Source: Myxococcota bacterium (GTDB lineage Bacteria > Myxococcota_A > Polyangia > Nannocystales > Nannocystaceae). From it: a stretch of 64,000 nt of DNA. A program made the position numbers and the translations under genes. The DNA is taken from NCBI GenBank assembly GCA_039028615.1, contig JBCCHT010000005.1, forward strand, positions 192,001-256,000, written 5' to 3'. Below the pieces are notes generated by a model. The model was not told the DNA's origin. It did no database searches and saw only the letters and a program-made list of their open reading frames with translations. Each line of letters starts with the position of its first letter. The first letter of the stretch is position 1. Positions 9,672-19,560 of the stretch are shown here, in pieces.

Positions 9672-10286
9672 GTGGTGGACCCTTGCCCCGCGTCCGAGCC
9701 GAAGCTGTTCGGCTTTTCGTCCGAGCGGGCGCTGGCTGAAGCTGCGGCCGGGGGAGACCGGGCGGCGCGACGGGCCTTGGTCATGTGGCTGATGCCCACC
9801 GTGCGCAACTTGGCCCACTACGTGGCGCGGCAGGGCGGTGACCCCGAAGATCTGGCGCAGAGCGCTCTGGCCGAGGTCCTGCGGAACTTGCCCAACTTCC
9901 GTGCGGAGGGCAGCCTCGAGGGCTGGGCGCGGCGGGCCAGCGTGCGATGCATGTGGGCGAGCGTGCGAAAGGGGCGGGCGCGTCGAAAACGCGATGCCCG
10001 GTTCGGAGCCGATGCCCCCACCGTCGTGGCGCTCGATCCGGATCGAGAGGTCGATCGAGTGGCCGCGCGGCGACGCCTGGCCGAGCACCTGCAGGCCATC
10101 GAGCCCCGCAAGCGCATGGTGCTCGTGCTGCGGCTCGCCGAAGGCCTCTCCATCAAGGAGATCGCCGCCCGTGTCGACGCGCCGGTCGAGACGGTTCGGA
10201 CGCGGCTTCGCGTCGGCAAGAAGGAACTCACCGCCCGACTGGGCACCGACCCGGCCCTGGCCGGTTTCTACGAGGAGCGGAGCTGA
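9672..10286 (+). CDS. ECF-type sigma-70 factor
   Basis: DPEDLAQSAL..NFRAEGSLEGWARR; region 4 EGLSIKEIAARV..ETVRTRLRVGK. Confidence 0.9.
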   Translation: MVDPCPASEPKLFGFSSERALAEAAAGGDRAARRALVMWLMPTVRNLAHYVARQGGDPEDLAQSALAEVLRNLPNFRAEGSLEGWARRASVRCMWASVRKGRARRKRDARFGADAPTVVALDPDREVDRVAARRRLAEHLQAIEPRKRMVLVLRLAEGLSIKEIAARVDAPVETVRTRLRVGKKELTARLGTDPALAGFYEERS

Positions 10287-11626
10287 TGTCCGGGGCTGTG
10301 TCCGATCCCGATGCGCCGCCGATGGCGGACGAGGCGTGGCTGCGCGATCTCCTGGCGTCGGGGGAGGACGGCCCGGCTCCGGTCCTCGATGATCTGGCGA
10401 CGCGACGCTGGGTCGATGCGGTGCTCGAGCGGGCCGAGGCGGCGCCGGACGACGAGGAGGACGACGCAGAGACCGAAGCCGAGGATGCGCCCGTGCGGCG
10501 ACGCGGGGCGGTGTGGATCGGTGCTGCGGTGGCGGTGGCCATGGTCGCAGCGCTCCTGCTGGTCGTCCGCGGGGGCCTGTTGGGCGAGCCGACCTCGGCG
10601 CCGAGCGACGTGGCCCGCAGCGACACCGCGCCGCGATCCGAACCGATGACCCGGGTGCACGTCCCCCCGGGCGAGCCGCTGACGATGGAGCTTTCGCCCG
10701 ATGTCCAGCTCGAGCTGGGCGGGGGCTCGGTGGCCTCGGTGCAATCGCAGGCCAGCGAGGGGCTCGCGGTACAGCTGGACGAAGGCTGGGTCCGCGCCGA
10801 GGTGGTGCCGGGTTCGCAGCGGATCCCCTTCCGGGTGTCCACGCGACACGGCGAGGTCGAAGTGCTCGGGACCATCTTCGAGGTCGAGACCACGAGTGAG
10901 ACCACGGACGTTCGCGTCCGACGGGGGCGGGTACGGGTCACCGAGCGCAGCGGTGAGACGCATTTCGTCGAGGCGGGGCAGGGGATCAGCCTGGGAGCTC
11001 GGGTGCGTCGGCTGGCGGACGAAGTCCCCGCGGCGGTCGAGCCCGAGACCGACCCGGTGCCCGCGCCCACGACGGCCGAGCCCGAGCCGACGCCGAGTGC
11101 ACGCACCGCGGCCGCGGCCCTGGATGCCGGTCAGCTCATGGCCCGAGCCGCCCGCGCTCGAGCGGCCAAGCGATGGCGGGCCGCAGCCGACGACTTGAGC
11201 CGAGTGCGGCGTCGGTTTCCCGACGATCCTTCCGCCTGTCCTGCGCGGCTCGCCGAGGCCGAGATCCGACTCGATCACCTGCACCAGGGCGCCAAGGCGC
11301 TCTCGCTGTTCGATGCCTACCTCGCCCGATGCGGTAGCGCGCTGCGGCCCGAAGCTCGCTACGGTCGCGCCCGGGCGCTGCGGCGCATGGGGAAGCAAGG
11401 CCGAGAGCGCGCGGCGCTGCTCGAGTTCACCAAGGCCCACCCGAGCAGCGTGCACATGGCGGCGGCGCGGCTGAGGCTGGCCGACCTTCATCGCGCCGAC
11501 GGTCAGTGTGCGCGAGCGATGCCGATCTATCGCAAGCTGATCGCGCAACGGCCGGGCTCGCGCATCATGGATGCGGCCAAGGCTGGGCTCGGGGCCTGCG
11601 AAGGCAGCGGGGCGCCCTCGAACTAG
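10286..11626 (+). CDS. FecR-domain anti-sigma factor with C-terminal TPR
   Basis: TGATG overlap with the sigma gene; TM helix; FRVSTRHGEVEVLGTIFEV..VRVRRGRVRV; TPR-like helices. Confidence 0.85.
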   Translation: MSGAVSDPDAPPMADEAWLRDLLASGEDGPAPVLDDLATRRWVDAVLERAEAAPDDEEDDAETEAEDAPVRRRGAVWIGAAVAVAMVAALLLVVRGGLLGEPTSAPSDVARSDTAPRSEPMTRVHVPPGEPLTMELSPDVQLELGGGSVASVQSQASEGLAVQLDEGWVRAEVVPGSQRIPFRVSTRHGEVEVLGTIFEVETTSETTDVRVRRGRVRVTERSGETHFVEAGQGISLGARVRRLADEVPAAVEPETDPVPAPTTAEPEPTPSARTAAAALDAGQLMARAARARAAKRWRAAADDLSRVRRRFPDDPSACPARLAEAEIRLDHLHQGAKALSLFDAYLARCGSALRPEARYGRARALRRMGKQGRERAALLEFTKAHPSSVHMAAARLRLADLHRADGQCARAMPIYRKLIAQRPGSRIMDAAKAGLGACEGSGAPSN

Positions 11627-11718
11627 CGGGCCCGCGTCGGGGATGCCGCCACGTCGATCGGCGCGCGATGTTGCTGGTGCCCCGCAGGCGGCTCGGATAC
11701 CGTGGAGTCCGCTCGCCC

Positions 11719-13167
11719 ATGCGTTCGTCCTCGCTTCGCTCGTCGTGTCTCGTGACGCTGGCCGCGACCGCCTTCGTGGCGCCCGCGGTGGCGATGGCCA
11801 ACGGGAACGTGTCGCATCAGTGGGTCTCCCGGACCGCCATCGAAAGCACCCCGAGCGAGGGCTCGCTCGCCGATCTCGTCGGTGATCCCGACCTTCAGCC
11901 GCTCATCGACGGGGGCACGATGTTCCCCGACTGGGGCTACACCCCGGGGGCGACCTCCGAGGAGCGCGATGCGGGCGAGGCCTCCCACTGGGAGCCGGTC
12001 CAGGACGCCTATCGCCAGTGGATCCTCGCCAACTATGCGCCGCCTTGGTCGGACGAGGCTCGCCAACACCTGGCGTTCTACTTCGGCATGACCTCGCACG
12101 GCATGGCCGACCAGAGCTACGACGCGATGTTCTTCGAGCGCTCGCGGTTCTATCAGGGCGGCGATCACGGCGAGTTCGACCAGGACAGCGACGTGCTGTG
12201 GGCGGCCACCACCGGTCCCGCGGCGGTGCCCGAGACCTGGACGCCCGCGTCGCCGTTGCTCGAGCTGTTTCAGGCCCTGGTCGGGGTGACGATCGACGAG
12301 CGCAGCATGACCCAGCAGCTGGGGTTCGTGGCGGTGGCCATCGGGGCGGTCAACGTGTTGGCCGAAGACCCGGCGCAGGTCGCCTCGGCGGAGGCCGACT
12401 TCCCGTGGGCGGCCGAGCACGACGATGACCCGCTGACCCCCGGCAACCCGCCGCACGAGGCGGAAATCGTGCGCCGCTACTGGCGGAGCAACTGGGCGCT
12501 CTTCCACGGGGACGAGGTGCCGCGCCCCGTGCTGTGGACTCATCCCGCCGACGGCGGATCCGGGCACGGCACCGATCCGGCGTCGATCGAGTCGTGGATC
12601 TCGATCGTGTTCGCGCGCGGGTTGTTCAGCCCCGAGCTGGACGCAAGTCGGTTCCACGTGGTCGACAGCTCGGGAGCAGAGGTCCCGATCACCATCGACC
12701 TATTCTACGGCAACGAGTCCCATGTGCTGCACGTGCGGCCCGAGGAGGCGCTGCTGGCCGACGAGGTCTACGTGGTCACCGTGGACGCCGGGATCGAGAC
12801 GATCCACGGCGAGCTTCTCGAGGGCTGGGACTTCGCGTTCTCCACCGGAGATCGGGCCCCGGATCCGCTCCACGACGACGGCTTCTGGGACGAGCCCGAT
12901 CCCTACGGGGACGAGGACCCGGGCACGGGCGGATCGGATGATGCCGGGGTTACGGGCACGGATACGGGAGAGGGGCTCGACGACTCCGCGACCGGCAACG
13001 GTGGGGGCACGACCGTCGACCCGACCACGGCCACGGAGGGCGTACGGGCCCGTGGAGCGACGTCTTCGTGCGCCTGTACGCACGGCGAGGGCTTCGGTCG
13101 CCGCGACGTCGGAGGCCTCGCCCTGTTCGGCTTGATGTTGTTGGGGTGGGCCCGCCGACGTCCGTGA
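11719..13167 (+). CDS. Zinc-dependent phospholipase C / GPI-PLD-like domain + Ig-like domain + MYXO-CTERM-like anchor
   Basis: Signal peptide; NGNVSH, GTMFPDWGY, SHW, GMTSHGMAD; PRPVLWTHPADG..ISIVF..FAFSTG; SCAC...LLGWARRRP. Confidence 0.75.
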   Translation: MRSSSLRSSCLVTLAATAFVAPAVAMANGNVSHQWVSRTAIESTPSEGSLADLVGDPDLQPLIDGGTMFPDWGYTPGATSEERDAGEASHWEPVQDAYRQWILANYAPPWSDEARQHLAFYFGMTSHGMADQSYDAMFFERSRFYQGGDHGEFDQDSDVLWAATTGPAAVPETWTPASPLLELFQALVGVTIDERSMTQQLGFVAVAIGAVNVLAEDPAQVASAEADFPWAAEHDDDPLTPGNPPHEAEIVRRYWRSNWALFHGDEVPRPVLWTHPADGGSGHGTDPASIESWISIVFARGLFSPELDASRFHVVDSSGAEVPITIDLFYGNESHVLHVRPEEALLADEVYVVTVDAGIETIHGELLEGWDFAFSTGDRAPDPLHDDGFWDEPDPYGDEDPGTGGSDDAGVTGTDTGEGLDDSATGNGGGTTVDPTTATEGVRARGATSSCACTHGEGFGRRDVGGLALFGLMLLGWARRRP

Positions 13168-13274
13168 CGAGCCCGGGCCGGGCGCGGCTTTTGCTCGTCG
13201 TGTGACTCCCGATACCGGCTCGACCCTTCATCTTTCGCAACACACCGCGCGGGCGTCGTCGCTAGCGTTGTCGC

Positions 13275-14453
13275 GTGCGCATCTCGATCCGAACGCCTCT
13301 GTCCGTATCCCTCGTTGCTGCCGCGGCATCGATGATGCTGTCGGCCTCGCCGGCTCACGCGGCAGACCCCGACGATCACCATGGCGTGGTCGGGGGATCG
13401 ACCACCGAGACCTGCGGCTGGCCCACCACGCTGTCCACGGGGGGCTGTACCGCGACGCTGATCCACCCGCGAGCCATCTCCACCGCGCAGCACTGCGGCC
13501 AGCCCAACAGCGCGACCTTCACCTCGGGCAGCGGCGGGGGTCAGACGGTGGGCGTGCTCGGGTGCGTCAACACCAACAGCGAGGACGCGATGATCTGCGA
13601 GCTCGCCGAAGAGGTGACCCAGGTGCCGATCACCCCGGTGACCTACGGCTGCGAGCTCGAAGAGCTGGTCCAGGTGGGCGCGGATGTGATCGTCGCCGGC
13701 TTCGGCGAGACCGGCTTCGGCAACGGCGACTTCGGGACCAAGCGCTGGATCGCCCAGACGATCACGTCGGTCGAGGCCGGCCGGGTCATCATCGGCAACC
13801 CGGGCGATCCCACGTCGCGGTGTGCGGGGGACTCGGGCGGTCCCGTCTACGTGCAAGGCCCGGAAGGCGGCTGGCGCGTCATCGGGACCCTGCTCGGCGG
13901 AACCACGGGGATCCCGTGCAACTCGGCTGCGCAATACCATCGGCTCGACCCGGTGGTACCGCACTTCGAGCAGGCGACCGGCATCGACATCACGCCGTGC
14001 TTCGACGGGCAGACCGGCGAGTGGGATCCGACCCCGGAGTGCGGCGGCTTCTTCTCGGGGGATCACACGGGCTCGGGAAGCTGGGCCGACTGGTGCCCGG
14101 ACGCCCCCGCGGCGGGCTACAGCAACGCGTGCGGTGAGGCCTACGGCGGGGGTGGAGACACGGGGGGCGACGAGACCGGGGGCGACGAGACCGGGGGCGA
14201 CGACGACGGCCTGACCACGGGCGGCCCGAACGGCGACGACGGCGGGGCGACCGGCGTCGACGATGATGGCCCGGTGGGCTCCGACGAGGGCGCAACGGAC
14301 GCTCCGGGCGGTACGGGGGAGACCGACGGAGCGATGGCCGAAGGCGATACTGGCGACGCGGGGTGCAGCTGCTCGAGCCAGGGCACGGGCGGCAGCGCAG
14401 CCTGGGCGCTCGTGGTGCTGGGGGCCTTTGTTCGTCGTCGTCGCAGGGCGTAG
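13275..14453 (+). CDS. Trypsin-like (S1) serine protease with MYXO-CTERM-like anchor
   Basis: VVGG mature N-terminus, TAQHC, GDSGGP; GCSC...LGAFVRRRRRA. Confidence 0.88.
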   Translation: MRISIRTPLSVSLVAAAASMMLSASPAHAADPDDHHGVVGGSTTETCGWPTTLSTGGCTATLIHPRAISTAQHCGQPNSATFTSGSGGGQTVGVLGCVNTNSEDAMICELAEEVTQVPITPVTYGCELEELVQVGADVIVAGFGETGFGNGDFGTKRWIAQTITSVEAGRVIIGNPGDPTSRCAGDSGGPVYVQGPEGGWRVIGTLLGGTTGIPCNSAAQYHRLDPVVPHFEQATGIDITPCFDGQTGEWDPTPECGGFFSGDHTGSGSWADWCPDAPAAGYSNACGEAYGGGGDTGGDETGGDETGGDDDGLTTGGPNGDDGGATGVDDDGPVGSDEGATDAPGGTGETDGAMAEGDTGDAGCSCSSQGTGGSAAWALVVLGAFVRRRRRA

Positions 14454-14459
14454 AGTCGA

Positions 14460-15185
14460 ATGACGATGGTGGGCATCTCGGTACCGGCGAAGAGTCGCGA
14501 CTCGATCAGCATCTTGTTGGTGGAGGACGACGATCGCCTGGCCAAGCTCACGGGGCGATACCTGCAGAACAACGCGTGTCGGGTCACCCTGGCGCGCACC
14601 GTGGGCGAGGCCACCGATGCCCTGCGGGCCGAGGAGTTCGACACCATCTTGCTGGACCTGATGCTGCCCGACGGCGACGGCCTCGACTTGTGTCGGAAGA
14701 TCCGGCAGCAGACGGAGGCCCCGATCATCATCGTGACGGCGCGCGGCGGGCCCTGGGACCGAGTGCGCGGCTTCGACTACGGCGCAGACGACTACGTCAC
14801 CAAGCCCTTCGGTCCGCCCGAGTTGCTCGCGCGCATCCGGGCCCGCGTGCGGCGTCGTCGGGGGCAGCTCGGTCCGGCGCAGGGGCGGCTGGAGCTCGGT
14901 GATCTTCGCTTGGTGAGATCGGAGCAGGCGGTCTCGGTCGGGGACACGGCGGTGGTGCTCACCGCCCACGAGTTTCACCTGCTGTGGTCGTTGGCGCTGC
15001 GGTCGGGCACGGCGTTGCGTCGCGAGCAGCTGGTGCACGGCACCGAGCTGTCCGAGCGCACCGTCGACGTTCACATCTCGCGCATCCGAGCCAAGCTCGC
15101 CAAGGCGGGGGAGGGGGCCGACGTGCCTCCGATCCGCACCGTACGGGGCATCGGCTACATGCTCGCCCACAACCCACCCGCGTGA
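14460..15185 (+). CDS. OmpR-family response regulator
   Basis: LLVEDD, LLDLMLP, DDYVTKPF; winged helix ERTVDVHISRIRAKL..TVRGIGY. Confidence 0.93.
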   Translation: MTMVGISVPAKSRDSISILLVEDDDRLAKLTGRYLQNNACRVTLARTVGEATDALRAEEFDTILLDLMLPDGDGLDLCRKIRQQTEAPIIIVTARGGPWDRVRGFDYGADDYVTKPFGPPELLARIRARVRRRRGQLGPAQGRLELGDLRLVRSEQAVSVGDTAVVLTAHEFHLLWSLALRSGTALRREQLVHGTELSERTVDVHISRIRAKLAKAGEGADVPPIRTVRGIGYMLAHNPPA

Positions 15186-16579
15186 CCGTGGCCGGCCTGC
15201 CTCAGCACGGAATTCGGCTCCGGTGGCGGATCTTCGGGTTCGCGATCCTGCTCTTTGGTGGGCTGACGCTCTCGCTGGCGCTGCTGCTGTCGAGCCTGAG
15301 CCCGGGCCCGGAGGCGCACGAGGCACTCGCCCGCTACGTGGGGCACGGGCTGGTTCGCGGGTACGCGCAACGAGGGGACGCCGGCGTGGACGAAGAGGTG
15401 CAGCGCTTGCCCTCGATCTTCGCGAGCGGCGTCGCGCTGCACGACCCCGAGGGCACCCATCTCGGGGGGACGCCGATTCAGCCGCCCTTGCCCGCGGACC
15501 TGCAGGCCCTGCGTCGCGACGGTGTCGCGGTCTACGGCGACGAGCAGGTCACCTTGGCGGTGATGATCGAGGAGGCGGGACAAAGCGTTGGCATCGCCAC
15601 CTTTCATCCCGTGCACGAGCCGCGGCCGTGGTGGCATCACATCGTGTACTGGTCGTTTGCCGCCTTGGTGACGGCGGCGGCCTCGTTCCTCTTTGCCCGG
15701 CACCTGGCCCGCCCGCTCGAAGCGCTGAGCGAGGTCGCGACGCGACTGGGGCGCGGAGAGCTCGATGCCCGCATGGGCTCGGCCCGCCTGCGCCCCAGCC
15801 AGGAGACCGCGCAGCTGGTCGCGTCTTTCGACGAGATGGCCGAGCGCATCGGGGCGCTGGTCGACGAACAACAGCAGCTGCTGGCCAACATCTCGCACGA
15901 GCTCCGCACGCCGCTGGCCCGCCTGCGCGTAGCCGCCGAGCTGGCCCGGCAGGGTGATACCAGCGCGCTGGAGAACCTCGACGAGGATGTCTCCGAGCTC
16001 GATCACCTGGTGGCGCAGGTGCTGACCTTGACTCGCCTCGACCTGGGCGACAAACCGCAGGACAAGGTCGCCGAGCGCATGCGACCCGAGCGCTTGGCCG
16101 TGGATCAGCTACTGAAGGGCGTCGTAGACCGCTTTCGGCGGGCGCACCCACGGCGAACCGTGCACGGCACACAGAAGCTGCCCGTGCTCGAGGCTCGAGT
16201 CGATCGAGAGCTGGTGAGCCAGGCGGTGAGCAACTTGCTGGAGAACGCGGACAAGTACAGCCCTCCCTCGCAGCCGATCCGCCTGGGCCTGCGGCGCCAC
16301 GGCGCGATGATCGAGATCGAAGTCGAGGACGAAGGCGAGGGCATCGACCGCGAAGAACTCCCGCACGTGCTGGTGCCGTTTTATCGGGGGGCGGCGGCGC
16401 GCCGATCCGGTCGGCCCGGTCACGGCTTGGGCCTGTGCCTGGTCGACCGAGTCGCACGGGCTCACGGAGGTTCGGTGAAGCTGCAGTCCAGCGAGCGTGG
16501 CGGCACGGTAGCGACGGTGAGCTTGGCTACCGACAATGAAGCGGCGACTCAAGCTTTCGCAACCAAGGTTCGATCGTGA
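15182..16579 (+). CDS. HAMP-domain sensor histidine kinase
   Basis: GTGA overlap with the regulator; two TMs; ISHELRTPL, NLLENADKY, DEGEGI, GLGL. Confidence 0.92.
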   Translation: MTVAGLPQHGIRLRWRIFGFAILLFGGLTLSLALLLSSLSPGPEAHEALARYVGHGLVRGYAQRGDAGVDEEVQRLPSIFASGVALHDPEGTHLGGTPIQPPLPADLQALRRDGVAVYGDEQVTLAVMIEEAGQSVGIATFHPVHEPRPWWHHIVYWSFAALVTAAASFLFARHLARPLEALSEVATRLGRGELDARMGSARLRPSQETAQLVASFDEMAERIGALVDEQQQLLANISHELRTPLARLRVAAELARQGDTSALENLDEDVSELDHLVAQVLTLTRLDLGDKPQDKVAERMRPERLAVDQLLKGVVDRFRRAHPRRTVHGTQKLPVLEARVDRELVSQAVSNLLENADKYSPPSQPIRLGLRRHGAMIEIEVEDEGEGIDREELPHVLVPFYRGAAARRSGRPGHGLGLCLVDRVARAHGGSVKLQSSERGGTVATVSLATDNEAATQAFATKVRS

Positions 16580-16597
16580 CTTGCTAACCCCACCAGG

Positions 16598-18121
16598 GTG
16601 ACACGTCGACTTCCTCTTTCGTTTCTCGGTGCGGCGTTGCTCGTCTCGACGGCGGGCGCGCCTGCGAGTGCGTCGCCCACCGTCGGGTCTCCTCCGAGGG
16701 TCGACTACTCGGGGCATGCCTCGGTGCTGGTCACGGTCTCCGATTCGGCGCAGCGTGCCTGGCTCGAGACCCACGCGCGGCTCGTGGACGACCACGGGGG
16801 CACGGCGGTGCTCGCCGTGATCGAGCGGGGTCGCCTGCTGTCGCTCTTGGAGCAGGGCCTGAGCTTCGAGGTGCGGGAACACGACATCCAGCGGGCCATC
16901 GATCGTGTGTATGGCGACGCGCCCGTACCTGCCCGCTGGGGGCCGTTCTTCACCGATTTCGCCACCAACGAGCAGATGAGGGCGTTCGTCGACGGCCTGG
17001 GCGAGCACGAAGGAGCGAGCGTCACCGACTACGGCAGCTCGGTCGAGGGGCGTCCGCTCCAGGCGCTGCTCGTCGGGGATGGCTCGCAACCCACCGTGGC
17101 CGTGCTGGGGACGCAGCACGCACGCGAGTGGATTTCTCCGATGGTGACCGGCTGCCTCGCCCAGGCGTTCGCGAGCGCCGAGGACCCGGCTGTGGCCGAG
17201 CTCGTCGAGCGCCTGGATTTCGTGTTCGTGCCCATCGTCAACCCCGATGGCTACGCGTACTCGCACCAGGTCGATCGGCTGTGGCGAAAGAACCGACGCA
17301 ACGGTCACGGGGTCGACCTCAACCGCAATTGGGACGTGCACTGGGGGCTGGGCACGGCGGGGGCCGGCGTCGGCAGTGAGGCCTACCCGGGCACGGCAGC
17401 CTTCTCGGAGCCGGAGACGGCCGCCATCGCGGAGCTGCTGTCCGATCGCGAGCTCGTCGGGTTCTTCGACTATCACTCGCCCATCGCGGTCGTGCTCTAT
17501 CCCTTCGCGTTCACGTCGACGCCGAGTCCCGAGGAGGAGCGCGAGCTCTCATGGGGGCAGGCGATGGCCGACGCCATCGGAGCGGTGCACGGGGTGACCC
17601 ACGGCGTGACCAAGCCGGGGCAGGGCAACCCTTCGGGGGGCTTGGCGCAGGACTGGGCGCTCGATGATCGCGGCGCTCTGGCGTGGACGATGGAGCTGCG
17701 CGGGGGTAACGGCGGGGGCGGGTTCATCATCGATGCCAGCGAGATCGGGCCCGCATGCGACGAGAACCTGGCCGGCTTCATCGAAGGCGTGTCGCGCATC
17801 GCCGACGAGTTCGGTGAGGACCCCGCACCACCGCCGACCGGCACCTCGGGAGCAGCGGACTCGGGAGGCGACGACGGGACCGACCCGGACGAGTCGGGCG
17901 ATGGATCACCCGGGGCTACGGACGGCAGCGAGCCGGGCACGGGCGGCACGGCATCGGAGGAGGACGACGACGGCGCCGATCTGCCCACGTCGACCGCGGA
18001 TGCAGGTGCGATGGGTGGGGGCGTCGACGGTTGTGCTTGCCGCACCCGCGGCGCCACGGGTTACGCGGGCGCCTGGGTGCTGCTCGGCCTGCTGTTCGCC
18101 CGACGTCGCCGGACGCTCTGA
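16598..18121 (+). CDS. M14 zinc carboxypeptidase with MYXO-CTERM-like anchor
   Basis: HAREWIS, VNPDGY, WRKNRR, GVDLNRN, FSEPET, DYHS, MELR; GCAC...LLFARRRR. Confidence 0.92.
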   Translation: MTRRLPLSFLGAALLVSTAGAPASASPTVGSPPRVDYSGHASVLVTVSDSAQRAWLETHARLVDDHGGTAVLAVIERGRLLSLLEQGLSFEVREHDIQRAIDRVYGDAPVPARWGPFFTDFATNEQMRAFVDGLGEHEGASVTDYGSSVEGRPLQALLVGDGSQPTVAVLGTQHAREWISPMVTGCLAQAFASAEDPAVAELVERLDFVFVPIVNPDGYAYSHQVDRLWRKNRRNGHGVDLNRNWDVHWGLGTAGAGVGSEAYPGTAAFSEPETAAIAELLSDRELVGFFDYHSPIAVVLYPFAFTSTPSPEEERELSWGQAMADAIGAVHGVTHGVTKPGQGNPSGGLAQDWALDDRGALAWTMELRGGNGGGGFIIDASEIGPACDENLAGFIEGVSRIADEFGEDPAPPPTGTSGAADSGGDDGTDPDESGDGSPGATDGSEPGTGGTASEEDDDGADLPTSTADAGAMGGGVDGCACRTRGATGYAGAWVLLGLLFARRRRTL

Positions 18122-18133
18122 CGGGACCTGGCC

Positions 18134-19489
18134 CTACTCGGTCTGCGGATCGGACACGCGCCCGAAGAACAACAGCAGTCCGCTGGACTTGTCGCGGATG
18201 AAGTACAAAAAGGGCCGATCGACCTTGATCGTCCGGGGCTCACCCATGGGCGGGGCGCCGCCGAAGCGGGCCACCACCGCGGTGGCGGCTGCGGCCTCGG
18301 TGCCGTTTTCGTCGACCTCGATGAAGCCCTTGTGGAAGACCTCGGAGATCTGGATCTGTTCGGCGGCGGGAGCGATGCCCGTGAAATCCGCGTCGTCACC
18401 AAAGGCGCTCGTCATCCCCAGCGCCTTCAGGTGCGCGGCGAGCCGGAGGCTCTCGGAGGCGATGCGGAACTTGGGCATCGACAGCTCGACCTGCTCGTAC
18501 TTGGTCGCGCCCGTCCACTGACCGAGCAGCTCGGGCCCGAGGCTGGCCTCGATGGCGCCCAGGCCATCGCGCTCGTTTGGGACCACCAGCGTCATCGAGT
18601 AGCCCGGGTGCTGGTAGTCGAGGTGCACCACCGTGGCCCCGGGGGCGTCGTGCACCGCGAGCGACTGGTTGAGGTGCATGGTGGGCACGTTGCGCGAGCC
18701 GCTGGGCGCATGGAAGGTCGCGGGCGCGGTGCGGCTCTTGGTGAAGCCGTGCATCCACTGCGCCTTGAAATAGATGGCGTTGACCAGCGCGAGGCGAGTG
18801 TCCGAGGTGATGCCGCCCGGCGGCACGAGGTCCTTGATGCGGTCATGGGTCTTGCCCGCGACCCAGTCGTTGATGTGCACCCGCGAAGGATCGGCGGCGC
18901 CCTTGAAGTCGAGCGGCTCGAGGGGGGCCTGGAAGAAGCGCTGGGTCAGCGACAGGAACGGCTTTTCGAAGGGGACGGTCTTCTCACCGAAGAGCCGATT
19001 GGCCACCGACAGCTCGATGTCCGCCTCGCGGTCCTTGGTCCACGTGGCGAGCATGGTGGCCACGGCGGTCTGGACCACCGGAGCCGCGCGCGGGTAGTGC
19101 AGGGTGGTCTGCATCTGCTTGGAGGTCTGCGCCCGGGCCCCAGCCTGCGTCATGGTGAGGGCCAGGGCCACGCTCGCGGGGGAGATGACGACATCGCCGT
19201 CGCCGGTCGCGACCTTGCGATAAAGGTCGAGGCCGAAGTTGTTGAAGCCGGACGCGACCTCGGTGACGACCTCGGGCTCGGCGGTGGGCACCGGGCGCGG
19301 CTCGTCGGGCGCGTCATCGGCTCGCTCGGGCGGGGAGGCCTGAGACTCGGCCGACTCGTTGCCGGCGGCCGGGGGCTTCTCGGCGGTCTTGGTCGGGGTT
19401 TTTTGGGCAGGAGCCGTCTCGGCGCTGCCCCCGGAGGGGTTGCAGGCGGCGAGCAACACGGGGAGGATCGAGGGGCCAAGGCGTCGCAT
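18134..19489 (-). CDS. Serpin-family lipoprotein
   Basis: Lipobox LAA-C; VISPASV, INDWV..T..RIKDL, LVNAIYFKAQW, hinge ENGTEAAAAT, VDRPFLYFI, FFGRV. Confidence 0.93.
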   Translation of the reverse strand: MRRLGPSILPVLLAACNPSGGSAETAPAQKTPTKTAEKPPAAGNESAESQASPPERADDAPDEPRPVPTAEPEVVTEVASGFNNFGLDLYRKVATGDGDVVISPASVALALTMTQAGARAQTSKQMQTTLHYPRAAPVVQTAVATMLATWTKDREADIELSVANRLFGEKTVPFEKPFLSLTQRFFQAPLEPLDFKGAADPSRVHINDWVAGKTHDRIKDLVPPGGITSDTRLALVNAIYFKAQWMHGFTKSRTAPATFHAPSGSRNVPTMHLNQSLAVHDAPGATVVHLDYQHPGYSMTLVVPNERDGLGAIEASLGPELLGQWTGATKYEQVELSMPKFRIASESLRLAAHLKALGMTSAFGDDADFTGIAPAAEQIQISEVFHKGFIEVDENGTEAAAATAVVARFGGAPPMGEPRTIKVDRPFLYFIRDKSSGLLLFFGRVSDPQTE

Positions 19490-19560
19490 GGGGGCGTCAG
19501 CACCAACGTACGGGTTGTGGTCGCGATCTGCCAGGACCCTGTTGTTAGACTCCCGCGGCT

